64,000 bases of DNA. It comes from an uncultured Actinomycetes bacterium (GTDB lineage: Bacteria; Actinomycetota; UBA4738; HRBIN12). A program made the position numbers and the translations under genes. The notes beneath the pieces are model-generated. The model was not told the DNA's origin, searched no databases, and saw only the letters and a list, made by a program, of their open reading frames with translations. This document shows positions 59,227 through 64,000 of the stretch, in pieces. Position 1 is the stretch's first letter. Every line of letters begins with the position of its first letter. The stretch covers positions 1,102,421 through 1,166,420 of the forward strand of contig CAVTIC010000001.1 in the NCBI GenBank assembly GCA_963734685.1. Reading direction: 5' to 3'.

Positions 59227-60189
59227 GTGACCGATGGCAACCCCTTCGACGTCGAGGGCCCGTGGTTGAAGAGCGCGTTCCATACGCACACCGCTCGCTC
59301 CGACGGCGAGCTCGACCCGGCCGCCCACGTGCGCCACCACGAGTGGGCCGGCTTCGACGTCTGCACGATCACCGACCACTGGACCCTCACGCTCGAGCCA
59401 TCGACGAAGCACTGCCTCGTGATCACCGGAGCGGAGCTCGCCGCCGATCCGTACGGCGACGCGTTCACCGACAGCGAGATCCTCGCGGTCGGCATCTCGG
59501 AGATCCCCGAGGATCCCGGCGGCGACCGATCGAAGTGGGGTCCGATCGACGCATACCACTACAAGACGTTCCCGAACCTGTCGGCCGCGGCCCGGTGCAT
59601 CGCCGAGCAGGGCGGAGTCTCGTTCATCGCGCATCCGTACTGGAGCGGCATGCCTCTGGAGACCCTGCTCGCGGTCGAGGGTGCGCACGGGCTCGAGCTG
59701 TTCAATTCGAGCTCCGAGCGCGAGAACCTGCGGGGCGACTCGAGCTACGTGTGGGATCAGTGCCTGGAACGTGGGCAACGTCTGTGGGGGTTCGCAACGG
59801 ACGACTGCCACTACCCGGGGTTCGACATCAACGACGCGTGGACGATGGTGCGAGCGGCCGAGCGCACGGAGGAAGCGGTGCTCGAAGCCCTGCGTCGCGG
59901 GCACTTCTACGCCACGAGCGGACCGGCCTTGCTCGACGTGGCGGTCGACGGCGACTCCACCGAGGTGCGCTGCAGCCCGGCGCGCACCGTCGTGATGATG
60001 TCGCGCTACGAGACGGGCTGGGGGGTACGTGCCGACGTCCGCAACCGGCAGGAGGACGCGCGGGTACTCGAGCGCGACGGGCGCGGCCTCGTGGTGCGAG
60101 CGCGGTTCGAACCCCCGATGGAGCTGCCCTACCGGCGGATCGTGGTCGAAGACGAGCGGGGACGCCGGGCATGGTCGAACCCGATCTGA
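59227..60189 (+). CDS. PHP-domain phosphoesterase (polymerase/histidinol-phosphatase fold)
   Basis: RBS GAAGGAGG then GTG; PHP metal ligands 'FHTHTARSDG', 'ITDHW', 'FIAHPY', 'FATDDCHYPG'. Confidence 0.7.
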   Translation: MTDGNPFDVEGPWLKSAFHTHTARSDGELDPAAHVRHHEWAGFDVCTITDHWTLTLEPSTKHCLVITGAELAADPYGDAFTDSEILAVGISEIPEDPGGDRSKWGPIDAYHYKTFPNLSAAARCIAEQGGVSFIAHPYWSGMPLETLLAVEGAHGLELFNSSSERENLRGDSSYVWDQCLERGQRLWGFATDDCHYPGFDINDAWTMVRAAERTEEAVLEALRRGHFYATSGPALLDVAVDGDSTEVRCSPARTVVMMSRYETGWGVRADVRNRQEDARVLERDGRGLVVRARFEPPMELPYRRIVVEDERGRRAWSNPI

Positions 60190-60953
60190 GGGCCGATCTG
60201 GCCTTCGCGCACGAGCTCGCCGACGCCGCGGCCGAGGTGACGCTGTCCTGGTTCGGCCACCGCCTGCCGGTCGAGCTGAAGGACGACGAGACGCCGGTGA
60301 CCGAGGTCGACCGGCATGCGGAACAGGCGATCAGGGCGGCGATCGCTTCGCGGTTCCCGCGCGACGGCGTGCTCGGGGAAGAGGAAGGTCTGCACGAGGG
60401 TGCGAACGGGCGGCGGTGGCTGGTCGATCCCGTCGACGGCACGAAGCTCTTCGCGGAGGGCATCCCCCTCTGGACGACGCTGATCGCGCTCGAGATCGAC
60501 GGCACGCCCGTGGTCGGCGTGGCCGACGCCCCTGCGATCGGCGATCGATATCACGCGACGAAGGGTGGTGGTGCCTGGCGGGGTGAGCGTCACCTCCGCG
60601 TCTCCGACGTCGGGTCGCTCGCCGCGTCCTTCGTGGCGCACTCGGCCGTGGAGGAGTGGGTCGCCGCCGGTCGCGGCGAGGCGCTGGTCCGTGTGGCGGG
60701 GCGTGCTCGGCGCACGAGAGGCCTGAGTGATGCCTGGGCGCATCTGCTCGTGGCGCAGGGGTCGGTGGAGGCGCTGCTCGAGCACGAGCCGTGCCAGCCG
60801 TGGGACTGGGCGGCCTCGGGTTTGATCGTCGAGGAGGCGGGAGGCCGCCTCTCGACCTTGGCGGGCGAAGCGGTGACGCCCGGCTGTGACCTGCTCGTCA
60901 GCAACGGTGCGGTCCACCGTGAAGTGGTCGACGTCCTGGCGGCCGCATCATGA
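60171..60953 (+). CDS. Inositol-monophosphatase family protein (IMPase/HisN-like)
   Basis: 'PVTEVDRHAEQAI', 'GEEEG', 'WLVDPVDGTKLFAEGIPLWTTLIAL' (IMPase motifs DPxDGT and WD-like); overlaps the PHP gene by 19 nt. Confidence 0.75.
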   Translation: MVEPDLRADLAFAHELADAAAEVTLSWFGHRLPVELKDDETPVTEVDRHAEQAIRAAIASRFPRDGVLGEEEGLHEGANGRRWLVDPVDGTKLFAEGIPLWTTLIALEIDGTPVVGVADAPAIGDRYHATKGGGAWRGERHLRVSDVGSLAASFVAHSAVEEWVAAGRGEALVRVAGRARRTRGLSDAWAHLLVAQGSVEALLEHEPCQPWDWAASGLIVEEAGGRLSTLAGEAVTPGCDLLVSNGAVHREVVDVLAAAS

Positions 60954-61096
60954 ATGCACTGGGGATGTTGCCGTTACGGTGCCGGCCGTTTCGTCGCACG
61001 GTGCGGAACGGTATCGGTTGGCGCAGCGCGGTCGGTGAGCGGCTCCGCAGGTGTGTGGCGCAGCACCCGGGTACGCGCGATGAGAGGATCGCAGGC

Positions 61097-62923
61097 ATGA
61101 TCAGGCCAGACGTCGAAGGGCAGGCCCGGCGACGTCATCGGGCGCACCGCTGGACCGCGATGCCCGCGGCAGTGCTGGCGGCAGCTCTCCTCATCGTGCC
61201 GTCGGCGGTCGCCCAGACGCCCAGCGCGGACGACGAGCTCGTGCTGCGAGTCGGGCTCGTCTCCGATCTCATCACCGACAACCCGTTCGCGATCTCCGCT
61301 GGCTCCGACTACACGGTGGCGACGACGCAGTACGACATGCTGCTGGAGTTCGACAACGCGGACCTCTCGCCCGCGCCGGGTCTGGCCACGGGCTGCGATC
61401 CCAACGCCGACTCGACTGAGTGGACCTGCACGCTGCGCGAGGGCCTGACCTGGAGCGACGGCTCGCCCCTGACCTCGCGTGACGTCGCGTTCACCTATCG
61501 ATTCATCGTGGACAACAACATCCCCCAGTACGAGAGCTACTTCCCGTACGACCCGACGTTCGAGACCCCCGATGACCGAACCCTGATCTGGAATTCCGAG
61601 AAACCGACATTCGCCCCCGACATGCCGCCGTGGGTCTACATCGTGCCGGAGAAGGTGTGGGCGCCCTACGACGGCAAGCCACTGCGCGAGATCCGAGCCG
61701 TGAAGAACACGCCGTCGATCGGCAGCGGCCCGTTCACCCTCACGGACTGGAACCCCGGTCAGGGTTTCACCATGGAGCGCAACGAGCACTTCTGGGGCCC
61801 GGAGCCGGAGATCGATCGGATCGAGTTCCGTCTCTATTCGAACCAGGAGGCGATGATCCAGGCGCTCCGCAACGGCGAGGTCGACATCGTCGATGGGTTG
61901 AAGCCGCAGCTGGTGTCGTCGATCGAAGGGATCGACGACGTCACGGTGCAACGCGTGGTGTCGGACTGGTGGCTGAACCTGGCGTTCAACTTCGGCGGAC
62001 AGGGGCCGGAGGCCGACCCGCTTCCCGCGCTCCACGACCTCACCGTTCGACAGGCGATCACGATGTCGATCGACAAGGATGCGATCGCCGAGAAGGTCTA
62101 CCAGGGCACCGCGACGCCCGGAGACACGATCATCCGCCCTGCGTCGGCCTACTGGCACCTCGACATCCCCGCGGACGAGGAGCTCGCGTTCGACCCCGCG
62201 GCTGCCAACGCCATGCTCGACGATGCCGGCTACGCCGACTCCGACGGTGACGGCGTGCGTGAGGACCCGGATACCGGCGAGCCGCTCGAACTGCTGATCC
62301 CCGCCTCGCAGGACACGACCGGCGCCGTCGAGACCGGCGAGTTGCTCGTGGGGTTCCTCGGTGCGATCGGCATCGACGTCGAACTGCGGCCCGTCTCCGA
62401 CGCGAAGATGAACGACTACTGGGGAGCGGGCACGTTCGACGCCTACATCTGGTATTGGAGCGGTGACCCCGATCCCAACTACCAGCTCTTCGTCTTCACG
62501 TCCGATCAGTGTGGTGCATGGAGCGACGGCTGCTGGAACGACCCAGTCTTCGACTCGCTCTACGAGCGCCAGGGTGAGGTATACGATCGAGAGGCGCGTC
62601 GGGAGATCGTGTACGAGGCACAGCGTCGCGTCTACGAGCAAGCGCCTGGCGTCGTGCTCGCCTACCCAGGGTGGCTCCAGGCCTATCGCAGCGACCGGTT
62701 CACCGGTTGGGTGCCGAGCCCGGGTCCGGACGGGTACCTGATCCCCGGCTACACGTACGACTCGTTCGTGCAGCTACGGCCTGTTGATGGGGCCGCGGGC
62801 GGATCGTCGGGCGGCACGACGGGTCCTTCGGGCTTCGCGTGGCTCTTCGCGACCGCCGCAGCGACCGCCCTCATCGTCGGGACGAGCCGCCGGAACCGCC
62901 GGCGCGAACTCGAAGAAGCGTAG
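61097..62923 (+). CDS. ABC transporter substrate-binding protein, family 5 (oligopeptide/dipeptide/nickel type) with C-terminal TM anchor
   Basis: Signal peptide 'MPAAVLAAALLIVPSAVAQ'; about 560-aa SBP_bac_5-like body; C-terminal 'GFAWLFATAAATALIVGTSRRNRRRE' hydrophobic anchor plus positive stop-transfer. Confidence 0.78.
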   Translation: MIRPDVEGQARRRHRAHRWTAMPAAVLAAALLIVPSAVAQTPSADDELVLRVGLVSDLITDNPFAISAGSDYTVATTQYDMLLEFDNADLSPAPGLATGCDPNADSTEWTCTLREGLTWSDGSPLTSRDVAFTYRFIVDNNIPQYESYFPYDPTFETPDDRTLIWNSEKPTFAPDMPPWVYIVPEKVWAPYDGKPLREIRAVKNTPSIGSGPFTLTDWNPGQGFTMERNEHFWGPEPEIDRIEFRLYSNQEAMIQALRNGEVDIVDGLKPQLVSSIEGIDDVTVQRVVSDWWLNLAFNFGGQGPEADPLPALHDLTVRQAITMSIDKDAIAEKVYQGTATPGDTIIRPASAYWHLDIPADEELAFDPAAANAMLDDAGYADSDGDGVREDPDTGEPLELLIPASQDTTGAVETGELLVGFLGAIGIDVELRPVSDAKMNDYWGAGTFDAYIWYWSGDPDPNYQLFVFTSDQCGAWSDGCWNDPVFDSLYERQGEVYDREARREIVYEAQRRVYEQAPGVVLAYPGWLQAYRSDRFTGWVPSPGPDGYLIPGYTYDSFVQLRPVDGAAGGSSGGTTGPSGFAWLFATAAATALIVGTSRRNRRRELEEA

Positions 62924-62947
62924 CGGCGGGTCGAGCGGAGCGGGCGG

Positions 62948-63913
62948 GTGGGCGCCAGGCGGTACGTGTTCCGCAAGTCGATCCAAGCCCTGGTCACGCT
63001 GGCGTTCGTGCTCACGTTCAACTTCTTCCTCTTCCGGGTCTTGCCGGGCGACCCGATCGGCCTGCTCGCTCGGAGCCAGAAGCTGACCGAGCAGGACGTC
63101 GCGGAGCTGCAGTCGCAGCTCGGCCTCGATCAGCCGATGGGGACCCAGTACGTCACCTACGTCCGGCAGACCCTGACGGGGAACCTGGGCGTCTCGTTGC
63201 GCTCGGCTCGCGAGGTGACCGCGACGATCTGGTCACGCATCGGCCCCACCCTCCTGCTCGTCGGGCTGGGCACGCTCTTCTCGACCGTGATCGGCATCTG
63301 GATCGGCATCAAGGGTGGGTGGCGCCGCGGCAGCAGGTTCGACACGTCCACGCTGTACGGCTCACTCGCGCTGTACTCCACACCGGAGGGCTGGCTCGGC
63401 ATGCTGCTGTTGCTGGTCTTGTCCGGCATGCTCGGGTGGTTCCCGGCCGGCGGGTTCGAGACCGGGGGCGAGACCGGCGTCGCTCGATTCGTCGACGTGC
63501 TCAACCATCTGTTCCTGCCCGTGCTCACGCTGACGCTGGGCTATCTGGGTCAGTACGCCATCATCATGCGCTCGTCGATGATCGACGTCACGAACGAGGA
63601 CTACGTCACGAGTGCGCGAGCCAAGGGCGTGCCCGAGCACATGGTCCGGCGCAGCCACGTCGTGCCGAACGCGTTCCTGCCGACGTTCACGCTGATCTTC
63701 CTCAACTTCGGCTTCGTGCTGGGCGGGGCGATCGTGGTCGAGGCGGTGTTCTCGTGGCCGGGGCTCGGCCTGCTCACCTACGAGGCGATCAACCAGCTCG
63801 ACTACCCGGTGATCCAGGGGGTCTTCCTGCTCTCGAGCGCCGCGGTGATCGTGTTCAACCTGATGGCCGACGTCACCTACAGCTACCTCGACCCGAGGGT
63901 GCGGGAGGCCTGA
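62948..63913 (+). CDS. ABC transporter permease (DppB/OppB-like)
   Basis: 6 TM, BPD_transp_1 EAA loop 'TSARAKGVPEHMVRRSHVVPNAFLP'; N-terminal 'IQALVTLAFVLTFNFFLFRVLPGDP'. Confidence 0.85.
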   Translation: MGARRYVFRKSIQALVTLAFVLTFNFFLFRVLPGDPIGLLARSQKLTEQDVAELQSQLGLDQPMGTQYVTYVRQTLTGNLGVSLRSAREVTATIWSRIGPTLLLVGLGTLFSTVIGIWIGIKGGWRRGSRFDTSTLYGSLALYSTPEGWLGMLLLLVLSGMLGWFPAGGFETGGETGVARFVDVLNHLFLPVLTLTLGYLGQYAIIMRSSMIDVTNEDYVTSARAKGVPEHMVRRSHVVPNAFLPTFTLIFLNFGFVLGGAIVVEAVFSWPGLGLLTYEAINQLDYPVIQGVFLLSSAAVIVFNLMADVTYSYLDPRVREA

Positions 63914-63915
63914 CA

Positions 63916-64000
63916 TGGCCACGACCGAGCCCGCTGGGGAGCTGCGATCACCACGTGCGTTGGTCTGGCAACGACGGCGTGCCACCGCGGCCGGGCACTG
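63916..64000 (+). CDS. ABC transporter permease (DppC/OppC-like), 5' fragment (continues beyond the window)
   Basis: ATG 3 nt after the previous stop; position is consistent with the second permease of an Opp/Dpp operon. Confidence 0.5.

Overview
High-GC (about 70%+) actinobacterial chromosomal segment, densely coding on both strands. Gene order matches the origin-proximal region of Mycobacterium and related actinobacteria: DUF5318 followed by the class A PBP gene ponA1, then rpsF-ssb-rpsR-rplI followed by dnaB. Main contents in order: (i) a Cys-type sulfatase pseudogene broken by at least 5 frameshifts; (ii) a membrane-lipid locus with divergent PAP2 phosphatases, one fused to an eukaryotic-like kinase domain; (iii) three two-component systems with NarL/LuxR-type regulators, two of which have small soluble histidine kinases; (iv) two overlapping GT-C mannosyltransferase genes; (v) a menaquinone cluster (MerR, menG, menF, menD, menA, menB, menE) interrupted by a secreted EEP-family protein; (vi) panB; (vii) dnaB, nth and a tRNA-Gly(CCC); (viii) trpD and dcd; (ix) an HspR/HAIR-type heat-shock operon dnaK-grpE-dnaJ-hspR-GNAT-clpB, translationally coupled; (x) a tandem pair of paralogous membrane proteins plus LemA; (xi) MFS, MBL, DUF2090 and dodecin genes; (xii) a sulfur-transport region: an orphan NitT/TauT-type ABC pair plus DUF2292, a Na/Pi-cotransporter-like permease, and the divergent sulfate ABC operon sbp-cysT-cysW-cysA followed by a second DUF2292; (xiii) FmdB, IclR, an overlapping PHP-phosphoesterase/IMPase pair, and an oligopeptide-type ABC importer. 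No CRISPR array, transposase, integrase or obvious prophage genes were seen. The most unusual non-coding signal is a low-GC patch about 90 bp long containing palindromic DnaA-box-like repeats in the dnaB upstream region. Coordinates derived by hand from the ORF track may be off by 1-3 nt.
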